Shown in pieces: positions 14,160-26,958 of a stretch of 64,000 nt of DNA. The position numbers were made by a program, and so were the translations under genes. The notes beneath the pieces were generated by a model. It worked only from the letters and a program-made list of their open reading frames with translations, was not told the DNA's origin and did not search any database. Source of the DNA: Eledone cirrhosa (lineage: Eukaryota); contig OZ024744.1 in NCBI GenBank assembly GCA_964016885.1, positions 38,068,001 to 38,132,000 of the forward strand, written 5' to 3'. Position 1 is the stretch's first letter, and every line of letters starts with the position of its first letter.

Positions 14160-17100
14160 GTTGATGATAGTTGTAGTGGTTGTGCTAGTTGATATGGTAG
14201 TGGTAGTGGTGGTAGTGGTAGTGGTGGTAGTAGTAGTGGTGGTAGTGGTAATGGTAGTGGTGGTGATAGTGGTAGTGGTAGTGGTTGTGGCAGTGATAGT
14301 AGTGATAGTGGTGATAGTGGTGGTAGTGGTGGTGATAGTGGTGGTGGTGATAGAGGTGGTAGTGGTGGTGATAGAGGTGGTAGTGGTGGTGGTAGAGGTG
14401 GTGGTGGTAGTGGTGGTAGTGGTGGTGATAGTGGTGGTGGTGATAGTGGTGGTAGTGGTGGTGATATTGGTGGTAGTGGTGGTGATAGTGGTGGTTGTGG
14501 TGGTGATAGTGGTGGTGGTGATAGAGGTGGTAGTGGTGGTGATAGAGGTGGTAGTGGTGGTGGTGATAGAGGTGGTAGTGGTGGTGATAGAGGTGGTGGT
14601 AGAGGTGGTGGTGGTAGTGGTGGTAGTGGTGGTGGTAGTGGTGGTGGTGATAGTGGTGGTAGTGGTGGTGATATTGGTGGTAGTGGTGGTGATAGTGGTG
14701 GTTGTGGTGGTGATAGTGGTGGTGGTGATAGAGGTGGAAGTGGTGGTGATAGAGGTGGTAGTGGTGGTGATAGTGGTGGTAGTGGTGGTGATAGAGGTGG
14801 TAGTGGTGGTGGTAGTGGTGGTAGTGGTGGTGATAGAGGTGGTAGTGGTGGTGGTAGTGGTGGTGATAGAGGTGGTAGTGGTGGTGATAGTGGTGGTGGT
14901 GATAGAGGTGGTAGTGGTGGTGATAGAGGTGGTAGTGGTGGTGATAGTGGTGGTGGTGATAGAGGTGGTAGTGGTGGTGATAGAGGTGGTAGTGGTGGTG
15001 GTAGAGGTGGTGGTGGTAGTGGTGGTAGTGGTGGTGATAGTGGTGGTTGTAGTGGTGATAGTGGTGGTAGTGGTGGTGATAGTGGTGATAGTGGTGGTGA
15101 TAGTGGTGGTGGTGATAGAGGTGGTAGTGGTGGTGATAGAGGTGGTAGTGGTGGTGATAGTGGTGGTAGTGGTGGTGATAGTGGTGGTAGTGGTGGTGAT
15201 ATTGGTGGTAGTGGTGGTGATAGTGGTGGTTGTGGTGGTGATAGTGGTGGTGGTGATAGAGGTGGTAGTGGTGGTGATAGAGGTGGTAGTGGTGGTGATA
15301 GTGGTGGTAGTGGTGGTGATAGAGGTGGTAGTGGTGGTGGTAGTGGTGGTAGTGGTGGTGATAGAGGTGGTAGTGGTGCTGGTAGTGGTGGTAGTGGTGG
15401 TGATAGAGGTGGTAGTGGTGGTGGTAGAGGTGGTTGTGGTGGTGATAGTGGTGGTAGTGGTGGTGATAGTGGTGGTAGTGGTGGTGATAGAGGTGGTAGT
15501 GGTGGTGATAGTGGTGGTAGTGGTGGTGATAGTGGTGGTAGTGGTGGTGATAGTGGTGGTAGTGGTGGTGATAGTGGTGGTAGTGGTGGTGATAGTGGTG
15601 GTAGTGGTGGTGATAGTGGTGATAGTGGTGGTAGTGGTGGTGATAGTGGTGGTAGTGGTGGTGATAGTGGTGGTGGTGATAGAGGTGGTAGTGGTGGTGA
15701 TAGAGGTGGTAGTGGTGGTGATAGTGGTGGTATGGTGGTGATAGAGGTGGTAGTGGTGGTGGTAGTGGTGGTAGTGGTGGTGATAGAGGTGGTAGTGGTG
15801 GTGATAGAGGTGGTAGTGGTGGTGGTAGTGGTGGTAGTGGTGGTGATAGAGGTGGTAGTGGTGGTGATAGAGGTGGTAGTGGTGGTGATAGAGGTGGTAG
15901 TGGTGGTGGTAGTGGTGGTAGTGGTGGTGATAGAGGTGGTAGTGGTGGTGGTAGTGGTGGTAGTGGTGGTGATAGAGGTGGTAGTGGTGGTGGTAGTGGT
16001 GGTAGTGGTGGTGATAGAGGTGGTAGTGGTGGTGGTAGTGGTGGTAGTGGTGGTGATAGAGGTGGTAGTGGTGGTGATAGAGGTGGTAGTGGTGGTGTTA
16101 TTATTGTAATGTTGACTTATGGACATTATAGTTGTTGTTGTTTTTGTTGTTGGAGGTCGTGTTGTTGTTGTTGTTGTTGTTGTTGGAGGTGTTGTTATTG
16201 TTGTTGTTGGAGTTGTTGTTGTTGTTGGAGGTGTTGTTGTTAGAGGTGTTGTTTTGTTGTTGTTGGATGTGTTGTTGTTGTTGTTGGAGGTGTTGTTGTT
16301 GGAGGTATTGTTGTCGGTGGTGTTTTTGTTGTTGGAGGTGTTGTTATTGTTGTTGTTGTTGGAGGTATTGTTGTTGGAGGTGTTGTTGTTGGAGGTGTTG
16401 TTGTTGGAGGTGTTGTTGTTGGAGGTGCTGTTGTTGTTGTTGGAGGTTGTGTTGTTGTTGGAGGTGTTGTTGTTGGTGTTGTTGTTGTTGGTGTTGTTGG
16501 TGGTCTTGTTGTTGTTGGAGGTGTTGTTATTGTTGTTGTTATTGGTGGTGTTGTTGGATGTGTTGTTGTTGGAGGTGTTTTTGTTGTTGGTGGTGTTGGA
16601 GGTGTTGTTGTTGGAGGTGTTGTTGTTGTTGGTGGTGTTGTTGTTGGAGGTGTTGTTATTGTTGTTGGAGGTGTTGTTATTGTTGTTGTTGTTGTAGTTG
16701 GAGGTGTTGTTGGAGGTGTTGTTGTTGGAGGTGTTGTTGTTGGTAGTGCTATTGTTGGAGGTGTTGTTATTGTTGTTGTTGTTGGAGGTGTTGTTATTGT
16801 TGTTGTTGTTGGAGGTGTTGTTATTGTTGTTGTTGTTGGAGGTGTTGTTGTTGTTGGTGGTGTTGTTGTTGGAGGTGTTGTTCTTGAAGGTGTTGTTGTT
16901 GGTGGTGTTGTTGTTGTTGGAGGTGTTATTGTTGTTGGACGTGTTGTTATAGTTGTTGTTGGAGGTGTTGTTGTTGGTGGTGTTGTTGTTGGAGGAGTTG
17001 TTGTTGTTGGAGGTGTTGTTATTGATGTTGTTGTTGTTGTTATTGTTGTTGTTGGAGGTGTTGTTGTTGGTGGTGTTGTTGTTGGAGGTGTTGTTGTTGA

Positions 17101-17340
17101 TGGAGGTGTTGTTGTTGTTGGTGATGGTGTTGTTGATGGAGGTGTTGTTGTTGTTGGTGATGGTGTTGTTGATGGAGGTGTTGTTGTTGTTGGTGATGGT
17201 GTTGTTGATGGAGGTGTTGTTGTTGTTGGTGATGGTGTTGTTGATGGAAGTGATGTTGTTGTTGTTTTTGGATGTGTTGTTATTGAAGGAGGTGATGTTG
17301 TTGTTGTTGGTGGTGGTGTTGTTGTTAGAGATGTTGTTGG
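14160..17340. repeat. Compound trinucleotide array: GGT/AGT/GAT to about 16095, then GTT/GGA to about 17340
   Basis: Directly visible; approx. 21-bp higher-order unit G(T/A)GGTGGTAGTGGTGGTGATA. Confidence 0.95.
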
Positions 17341-17586
17341 GTGAGTGGTGCAATATTTTTGTCGTTATGGGTCATTTGCATTTTTTTGGCTTTTGTCATT
17401 ATTGTCGTTAGTGATGTTATTGTTATTGTTTTTGCTCTTCTTCTTCTTCTTCTTCTTCTTCTTCTTCTTCTTCTTCTTCTTCTTCTTCTTCTTCTTCTTT
17501 AGCTCGTCTTTCCTACTTTGAATAACAATTTTTTTAACATATGCAAGAGAACATAGGCACAACATATTATCAAAAGCAACCTATAT

Positions 17587-17633
<47 letters not shown>

Positions 17634-17774
17634 TTAAGAGGCGAGGACGAGATGTCAGTGAGATTTAGCTGCTGTTTCTACAGAATCAGCGACCACATAA
17701 AAGCTTTTCCTTTGGCTTGTGAAGTTAGGCGTGTCGTTAGTGTTGCAGTAGTGAAAACTGACAGTAATATGTGA

Positions 17775-18288
17775 ATGACAATAATGGCGGCGATGATGAT
17801 GATGATGATGATGATGTCGATGTTATTGTTCATGATGATGATGATGATGGCGATGTTAATGTTAGTCACCGTCGTCGTCATGGAAACGATGCATGCAGTA
17901 CATTTGTTGTAGTAGCTGTCGACGTAGTAGTAATGGTGGTTGTGGTGTTGATGGTGGTTGTGGTGTTTGGGGGGGTGAGGTTGGTGGTAGTTGTGATGGT
18001 GGTGGTGGTGGTGATGTTGGTGGTGATAGGAATGATGAAGTTGTGGTAGTGTGGTTGTAGTAGAGGTGGTGGAAGTTGTAGTAGTGGTGGTAGTGATGAT
18101 AGTGGTGGTAGTGGTGGTGGTTGTGTTAGTGGTGGTAGTTGTGGTAGTGGTGTTAGTAATGGTATTTGGGGTAGTGGTGGTAGTGGTGGTGGTGATAGTA
18201 GTGGTGTTAGTGGTGGTAGTGATGGTAGTGGTGGTAGTGATGGTAGTGATGGTAGTGGTGGTAGTAGTGGTAATGATGATAGTAGTGA
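17775..18288. repeat. GAT/GGT/AGT low-complexity tract
   Basis: Directly visible. Confidence 0.9.
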
Positions 18289-18871
18289 TCCTCGTATACC
18301 GCATATCATCATTTCTGATCCTCTAACAATTTCTCCAATCCATCGGCACTGAATTAGCACTTTATTTATTGATCGAGAAAGCATGAACGGCAAAGTTAAT
18401 CTCGGTGGGATTTGAAATCAGAACCCAGATGGCCAGATCAAATGGCGTGAATAATTTAATCCCCCGTTTCGGTGACTCTATTTCTCTCTCAATTATAATC
18501 TGTAGGTGGTATTGTACTAAATAACATACAAAACAATATGTCAATTAATTAAAATCTGTCTCACGGTTTTAATAAAGAAAGATAAAAACTTTGCAGTGAT
18601 TGTTAGTGATTCATAGTGAAACAGGGAGAAGATATCAATTAATTAAGAATTATTATTTAAACTATATTCTCAGGCTTAAGCGAAAATCTGAAGAACGGTG
18701 ACAACAGGAAATATGATTCATAATTATCAGATCATCAGCGTGACATGATTAGCAGAAAACCGCATGATCGGTAAACGGTAGATTTTTTTACATCTAGAAA
18801 TAGAAGTATTTTCATAATATTAAACAAAATTGAGTTAAGCGAAGTCAGTGAAATACACCAATGACATGTAT

Positions 18872-19035
18872 TAGGCTTGGTGGTTAGAGAGTTTGATTCG
18901 CAATCGTGAGGTTTTGAGTTCAATTCTCCCGGAACAAGACACTTTAATTCACTTTGCGATCGGTCGATAGTATCAACATTGTTTCCTTGGTCTCATTTGA
19001 CAAGGTCCACCTCACTCGGCAATCGATTGAGGACT
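18872..19035 (+). mobile_element. SINE family B, internally deleted
   Basis: GGCTTGGTGGTTAGA..GAGTTCAATTCTC..CAAGACACTTTA; the 3' part resembles the reverse complement of 26575-26660. Confidence 0.65.
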
Positions 19036-19249
19036 GGGATCTTGTCGATCGATCACACCAATATTAACCTATTATATTATATGTACCGTTATAATTTTAC
19101 GTAAGAAGCTTTGTTAAGTAATGTTCCAAACATCAGTATAGAAAGGAGAAAGTTAGTTAAAATACTAAACCACACTTGATTTTTACAATACAGAACTATT
19201 TATATTCCCGAGATTATATACATAGCTAAAGGTTTTTCATCATAATGAA

Positions 19250-19452
19250 TTTAAGCACAAGGACAACAATTTTGGAGGTGGGGAAGTCGATTTAATCGAC
19301 TCCAGTGCATTAGTGGAACTTTATTTTATCGACCCCGTAATGATGAAAGGCAAAGTTAACCATGGCAGGATGAGAACTCAGAAATTAAAGCGCCGTAACT
19401 TTATACTGCAAAATATGTTGTCCAACGTTCTGCTGGTATGCCAATCTACCTC
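19250..19452 (-). mobile_element. SINE family A
   Basis: TTTTATCGACCCCGTAA.GATGAAAGGCAAAGTTAACC..GAACTCAGAA. Confidence 0.75.
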
Positions 19453-19547
19453 CCTAAGGTTTTCCATCATAATAAGAACCTACATTAAGTTATGTTCTAG
19501 ACACGAGATTAGAATGAAAATAATTATATTACGAAATCCTCCAAATA

Positions 19548-19955
19548 TTTGAAAATCATATGTAGTGTCTTTCATTAGAAATATGGTAACAAAAGGATTA
19601 AAAAGGCCAAGGTAATGGCGTTCCATCGATCAGAATGTTTGATTATTTTCAAAATTATTTGAAAATTATATGTAGTCTTTCATTTGAAATATGGTAGTGA
19701 AGGGGTTAAAATAAACCATGGGAGTGATGGCATAATATCCCTCCAAATACTAGATTATTTTCAAAATTATTTGTAGTGTCTTTCATTTGAAAGATGACAA
19801 CTAAGAGATTAAATAAGATCAAGTAGGTAATGGCGTACTATCTCTCCAACTACTTGGTTATCTTCAAAATTATTCGAAAATTATATATAGTATCTTTCAT
19901 TTGAAATATGACAACAAAGACTTTTTAAAAGACCAAGTAGGTGATGACGTACCAT
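19548..19955. repeat. Four diverged tandem units of about 105-115 bp
   Basis: Recurrent GTAGTGTCTTTCATTTGAAATATGG..AA.GG.TTAA..CCAAG..GGTAATGGCG..ATTATTTTCAAAATTATT. Confidence 0.75.
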
Positions 19956-21081
19956 ACGACGTACACGAAGCACATCAGTTTAATGAGTGCTATTGGCATA
20001 TTTTCAGTTACTTTCTTTAGTTTAGTTTCATTAATATCACTGTAGTTTTACATTTCTCTTTATACAATCTCGATGGAATAGTCTACTCACAGAATTTGCG
20101 GAAAAGTGGCAGAGCTGTCCACAGACACGTGTGCTCTTGCGAATAAGGTAATTCTGATACAATGTGTGATAAATTTGGACCATTTGAATTTAGAGGTACA
20201 ACATTTTTTACTACGTCTTGCTCAATTACACAACGTGCCACCAGGAATCGAACTCACGACTTTTAAGATTGGGAGCCTAACGCACGCACCTTCTACTCCG
20301 TTAAAGTACCTTTTAGGGTTGTAAGCCCAACACCCTACACAAACCCCATATGCCACTCGTCTACCACTCCGTTCGAGTAGAAGTTCCGTTTATGGTTGTA
20401 AGCCCATCGCCCTACCCTAACCACTCTGACATTCGTCTGCCACTCGCATTCTACGATTGTAAACCCAAACCTCACCCGAAACCACAATGGCACAGTTCTA
20501 CCACTCCTTCAACTAGAACACGTGTACCTTTTGCGATTGCAAGCCGAACAGGCTAACCACAAGGCCATGTGGCTATCACTGCCCGCTGAAGTAGTAGAAC
20601 ATTAAAATTAAGCAGAACGGAAGCCTCTTTAATGTTTCGCTCATGATAGCATTCACGATATCAATCCATCTCTTATGTATATTCAACATATTGCCATAAG
20701 AAGATACTGTTATGGAATCGCTTACTTATTACGTCCAGCAAATTCTCATGACTCACTTGAAGATCTTTTACATTGATTATTGTAGTGTTGCTGGTATTAG
20801 TATGAAAACAAATTGAGATAGCGTTAGTGATGCTAGTTACCGTTGCCGTTCTTATATAATGTTGTTGCTATGCTCATTGATTATATGCAAATATTTACCA
20901 ATTCCATCTCCGGTTCTGGTGTCATTCACAATTCAGAATTCCTGTTCTTCATTTAGTACATACGTAAGTACTTACGTACGTAGATATGTACTTACGTATG
21001 TATGTATGTATGTGTGTATGTATGTATGTATGTATGTATGTATGTATGTATGTATGTATGTATGTATGTATGTATGTATGT

Positions 21082-21617
21082 ATCTCTTTCTCTTAATTTC
21101 GAGTATATTTTTGACTGGCCACCTTCCTGGTGGCAAGGTTGTAAAAGAAAAGAAATTGTCATCCCTTGAATCGGAAGGATGTTTTGCAAATTTTGAAGGT
21201 GCCAGCTATCGCAGCCATTTGAAGAATATGAATTAGGGAGCTGCGCTCTTTGTCCGCAAATCCAAGTTCAGTCATACTTTGGTCCAAGCGGGTTGGTATA
21301 TAACCGGTAGCTCCAATAATGATGGGTATGAAGCTAAAGGTGTATCTTGGATACTGGATTTGTAAACTCCTCATCAATGGTCCGTAGATGTCCTCCTTCT
21401 CCTGTATTTTTCTGACAACGTTTACATCAAGTGGGTAGCTGATCTCCACAACAGAACACGCTTTCAATGTGTGGTCCCAAACAACAATATCAGGCCGGTT
21501 GTGCTTTAATTTGGTGGCAGTTATTATTTTCAGGCTCCACCAGTATTCCTTAGTGCCATCTGTCTCAATATATTCTTCCTCGTTTGTTGTTAATTTTGTT
21601 TTCCGAAGTGCTTTCCG

Positions 21618-21619
<2 letters not shown>
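21082..21619 (-). mobile_element. R4/Dong-type non-LTR retrotransposon, 5'-truncated (restriction-like endonuclease domain)
   Basis: EYWWSLKIITATKLKHNRPDIVVWDHTLKACSVVEISYPLDVNVVRKIQEKEDIY..IPIIIGATG carries the RPD..E..K..Y RLE signature; (TATG)n on both sides. Confidence 0.85.
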
Positions 21620-21648
<29 letters not shown>

Positions 21649-21711
21649 TGTATGTATGTATGTATGTATGTATGTATGTATGTATGTATGTATGTATGTA
21701 TGTATGTATGG

Positions 21712-22545
21712 TCACCAGTTAGTGCTACTGTCAGGTATGTATGTCAGGTCACCAGTTGGTGCTACTGGTAACATGTATCCCAGTACAACCTGTCTTTTGG
21801 TCGGGTCGTTGGCGACTAAACTGGCAACCCCACCAAGGTTTCTTGGTGAGGAGGGTGACTTTGGACATCCTGCAGGACTAAAAACAAAACCTGTCAAAGG
21901 GCAAAGGACCTCTTAAGAGTCAATGGCAATCCAAAATCACCGGGAGAGATGACTCTTAGCCTTTGTCAAGGCAGAATTCTAGGAGAAGGAAAACTCTGAT
22001 ATAACACCTGCAACCCTGATGGTATCCAATGATGTTGACTTGTTATTCTTTTTGGTAAATATCATCTTGGTTAAGAGAGTGGGACTGGCTTTGTGCAGTT
22101 CCTTTTCTCACTATAAAAGCTTCACGGCACAGGCATTGCTTTATATCTGGAGATCTCTCTGCACTTGTCGTCACATGGTACCATGGGCCCAGCACTATGT
22201 GTCAATAATTGTCACAAGTGTAGTCTTTGTACCAGAGTTTTCAAGTCGCTGGCTGGACTAAAAAGTCACACTCGTTCAACGCATCTGTAGGGGTTCTCCT
22301 ACATGGATATAAAGTAGTGGCCGTATTCGAAAACGAGTTGGCAGCCACCATGTATGTACGTATATATATGTATATATGTATGTATGTGTAAGTATCTGTA
22401 ATTGTCACAAGTGTAGTGTTTGTACCAGAGTTTCCAAGTCGCTGGCTGGACTAAAAAGTCACACTCGTTCAACGCATCTGTAGGGGTTCTCCTACATGGA
22501 TATAAAGTAGTGGCCGTATTCGAAAACGAGTTGGTAGCCACCATG
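21712..22545 (+). mobile_element. Non-autonomous RTE derivative (5'-UTR-like part plus duplicated 3' end)
   Basis: GGAGAAGGAAAACTCTGA RTE-type leader motif near 21981; the 3' module encoding KSLAGLKSHTRS occurs twice (about 22207-22352 and 22399-22545), each ending GCCACCATGTA plus a TATG-like tail. Confidence 0.6.
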
Positions 22546-22615
22546 TACGTACGTAAGTATATATGTATGTACATACTATATACAAGCGTATGTATATATA
22601 TATATATATATATAT

Positions 22616-22674
<59 letters not shown>

Positions 22675-22694
22675 ATTATCACCACCACCATCAT

Positions 22695-24660
22695 AATCAT
22701 TATTTAACTTCCATTTCCCACGCTAGTATGGGTTAGACGAGCTGTACCGTTGTGAGACAAGCGAAGTCGGGTGACTGTGTTTTGGTCACACAACTCATTT
22801 TGGCTTGGTTTTTACGGTTGGATACCCTTCCTACGGCCAACCATATTTACAGTGTGTTCGATGTGTTTTTTTGTCGTGACTCCAACACGACCACTTTACA
22901 GTGTGAGCAGGGGACTTTTTGCCGTGTCACCTACACGATTACTTTACAGTGTGGACTAGCTGCTCGTTGTTGTAGCACTAAGATGACCACGATTTAGTGT
23001 AGATTGGAGACTTGGTGGTGGAGGTGCATGGGGATTGGGGAATTTGATCTAGGAGTGGGTTGTTAGGACGTGCATAGGTCGTTACCACGTGGGAGGTGTA
23101 TGGGAACAGCGATGGAAGGGAAGGTGGTGCATACTAGATGGATGTCTCAGCTCCTGCGTATGGGAAAGCGAGTCCTCTGTATTACTGCATAAAGTCATCT
23201 ACGTCCTGTGCCATCGCCTTTGAGAGATACAATTGTTTGAGGTCAGCTTTTATAACCTCATCCCAAGTTTTCGTAGGTCTTCCTACGCCATAGCTTCCAT
23301 CATCTTTTTATACATCTGTCATCCTTTATACGCATCGCATGTTCTTACCTGCGAAATATGATCTCCTGTACACAGTGCCCAGGTGTTACTACCATGCAAC
23401 ATTGCTCTTAGTATGCATGCATCATACTATCGGCCCTTCATTTAATGGGGAAAAAACCTTTTGCAGTTAGCAGTGGTAGTAACTCCTTGAACTTTCTCCT
23501 ACCCGTTTTCACTCTGGCAACTTTGTTTTCGGAGCACTCTCCTCCACAGATAATTTGGTTACCCAGGTAACAGAAACTAGCTACTATTTCTACAGAGCCC
23601 TCTGGGAATTTGAAAGGGTTTGTATCCTGAGAGCTCTTGCTTCTTACTGCCCCTGTACACGAGCCTCATGTAAAACCTTTGTTGTTTGTTAGCCTACCTG
23701 AGATCCCATTACATATTTTGTGCACCCATAGTTTGCATTTGAGACATAGGATGGAATTTCTACCTACTCCTTTTCTGCACACTGAGCAAAACCATTTCCC
23801 TCAGGTGATTTGCGCCCTGCTTTCCTTACTAGAACTTTAGTCTTTGAGAAGTTGACCATTTAATTCTAGGCCATGCTTCCAGGTTTGCAATTTCTTCTCT
23901 AATTATGCCATAGATTAAGCTATAATGGTTAGGTAATCTGCATACAGGAGTTCCCATAGGCACCCAGTCTAAAACTCCTCCGTTATAGCCTGCAGGACAA
24001 TAATAAACAAGAGAGGGATAAGAACTGAGCCCTGATGGATATCAACCACCATGCTAAATAACGATGATTCTTCTACGCCAGTCATTGGGTATGGCATATT
24101 GTGTATGACAATGCAGCTAACTATGGTGTCATCCATCATTCCTGATACTTTTAGCATTTCAGCAACTACCCTGAGTGTCCAGCTGCCCTGCTTGTCTTCA
24201 TATCCTTTATTGCCTTACTTACTATACTACTACTACAGTCTTCCACAGCCGGTCCTTTATTGGGTGAACTCAGGGCTAATATCTTCTTCCCATGCATTCT
24301 CGTCATTCAGTAATCTTTCATAGTAGCACTTCACTGCTATCTTCTTTTCATTGAGGGCAAGTTCACCATAATCATTTCAGATACACTTCTCTCCACCAAC
24401 ATCACAATTTTTCCTGACACATTGCCTTGCAGTCATGAACACCTCCTTCCTTTGGTGCTCACACTTCAAAAGATGTTTAATTTTTTGTTTTCCGCCTCCC
24501 TTCTTGCAAGGTGTACATGTTGCCTAGCTTCTCTCCTAGCGTTCTTGCAGTCTTCTCTACATTCCATATTTTGGCATTCCTTCCATGCCTGTCTTTTGGC
24601 CTGAATTAACTTATCTACTTTACTATTCCACCACCAAGCCACTTTCCTTCACCCTAGATT
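22695..24660 (-). mobile_element. Decayed RTE-clade LINE (RT remnant and 3' UTR)
   Basis: Minus-strand motifs HQGSVLIPLLFIIVLQAITEEF..WELLYADYL, FCYLG..ARVKTGRRKFKELLPLL and GRPTKTWDEVIKADL; many stops and deletions. Confidence 0.85.
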
Positions 24661-25179
24661 TCATTTGTTGCTCCCAGTAAGTTATCTTTCAGTAGGTTAT
24701 ATCAAATTTATATGACAGGCTGAATGAGTTGGGGTGACGAAACTTAAGTACCTGTACATGTCACTGTTGTAACTAATATATATATATATATATATATATA
24801 TGCATGTTTGTATAAACGTATGTCAGTACTTAAGTGTGTGTTCAATCATGTATTGTTTACAAACGTACGTCTCTAATTATATGTAGAAATGCCATTTTGT
24901 GTATCAATCTGATTGTTTAAACATGTATAGGCTCATGCACATGTGTTTACACCTCTATATCTTTATAAGTACATATAACATGGACAATTCACAATTCCAC
25001 TAATAGCTTGTAATTGGATTTTTAATTAAAAATTCACATTCTAATCACGTGGAATCCAACCACATAAAAATTTAAGATTCTAGTCAGGGTATCGGCTTAC
25101 AGTAATTGTAGATTTCTCATTAGTTTCACATGTCTTGATCACATCTATTTTTAAACGGGTTTATATGTGTATGTGTGCG

Positions 25180-25211
<32 letters not shown>

Positions 25212-25359
25212 GTAATAATAATAAATGTGAAGACTAAAATCCAAAGAGGGCTCGATAAGGATAAATATATATCAAATATATAAGAAGATCCCATTAAGGG
25301 TGAAAGCAGCGATTCTTTGCTTAAACTTTAACCTGTTATTTTAATAAATAAATAAATAA

Positions 25360-25446
<87 letters not shown>

Positions 25447-25449
<3 letters not shown>

Positions 25450-25745
25450 TATATACATTGGACGGATGTGTCCTCATCTTGTTTTTTATGTTTTTATGTT
25501 TTTTTTCTCGTGAATTTTTTTTTCTCCTCGTGAAAAAAAGGGGTTTAAAGGCGGACTACTCACCTCAAGATTCCGAGTACAATTCTAGGCAGTGACCTGA
25601 ACAAAAGTTAATAACATCACTAGGACACCTGATGAAGGCTGGAGGGTACATCAGCCGAAACGTTGTGTTAACAACAAAACAAGATGAGGACACCTATCCG
25701 TCCAATGTATATAATGTTAATAATTCCTCGTTTCAAAAATATAGA
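25447..25745 (+). mobile_element. PLE end with short inverted terminus and minimal HHR
   Basis: Inverted CATTATATACATTGGACGGAT..GTCCTCATCTTGTT ends; GACAC-CTGATGA-A-GGCTG..CAGCC-GAAAC-GTT-GTGTT at 25624-25669. Confidence 0.75.
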
Positions 25746-25945
25746 ACAATATATATATACATATATATATATATAGTAATAATAATAAATGTGAAGACTA
25801 AAATCCAAAGAGGTCACGATAAGAATAAATATATATGAAATATATAAGAACCCTAGAGCAAATATATTTTAAAATAACAGATTAAAGTTTAAGCAAAAGC
25901 TTAAGAGTGAAATCAGCGATTCTTTGCTTAAACTTGAATCTATTA

Positions 25946-25981
<36 letters not shown>

Positions 25982-25989
<8 letters not shown>

Positions 25990-26560
25990 TAAACGGAATA
26001 GAAAATGCTGACAAATTGTTCACAGTTGAAAAATGGTTTAATTAGGAATAAAAGAGTATTAGTGATTGTATGGGTTAGTATTCAGTTGTGGTTTTAAGTT
26101 TTTAAGTTTTTACCGGTTGCGCATTTCTAAATGCTTTTCAAAAATAATTTTGAGATAGAGTGTCCGTGCTGTTTTTTTACATTCACATGACCTCTACCGA
26201 CCAATCAAAATTGTTTTGACCACAAGCATTTTTACAACACAAAAATAACGCTGGAGCCATTTTTTTAACATAAAAACAGGTAGAATTCCCAAAACTAATC
26301 AGATCAGAGCAAACAGCACGGACACTCTATCTCAAAATTATTTTTGAAAAGCATTTAGAAATGCGCAACCGGTAAAAACTTAAAAATTTAAAACCACAAC
26401 TGAATACTAACCCATACAATCACTAATACTCTTTTATTCCTAATTAAACCATTTTTCAACTGTGAACAATTTGTCAGCATTTTCTATTCCGTTTACCAAT
26501 ATATAATAACTTGTGTGTTACACCTCTATTCTTTTAACTATATATATATATATATATATA
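25982..26560. mobile_element. PLE pseudo-LTR remnant with approx. 190-bp inverted repeat
   Basis: Arms approx. 25982-26174 and 26311-26503; (TA)n flanks; degenerate HHR-like TTGAAAA-GCAT..ATGC-GCAAC. Confidence 0.7.
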
Positions 26561-26574
26561 TAAATATATATATC

Positions 26575-26833
26575 GATAGTCGATCGACAAGATCCCAGAC
26601 GTCATTCGCTTTACGAGTCGGATGAAGCTAGTCAAATCGGACCGAGGAAACAATGTCTCCGTTGGTCTTTCCAATTGCTAATACTATCTGTCAATCGCAA
26701 CTCCAGGCAGAAGGAGCAATGTAAAATAAAGTGTCTTGCTGAAGGGCGTAATGCATCGCCCGGTCTGGGAATCGAACTCACAACCTCACGATTGCGAATC
26801 CAATTCTCTAACCACTCAGCCACTCGCCTTCAC
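26575..26833 (-). mobile_element. SINE family B
   Basis: Minus strand TGGCTGAGTGGTTAGA..GAGTTCGATTCCC..AGCAAGACACTTTATTTTAC. Confidence 0.8.
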
Positions 26834-26860
26834 CGATTTGTGTATCAATCTGGTTGTTTA

Positions 26861-26958
<98 letters not shown>

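Noticed and set aside
19548-20580. CRISPR-like regularly spaced repeats
   Set aside because: Units are diverged along their whole length, context is eukaryotic, and there are no cas genes
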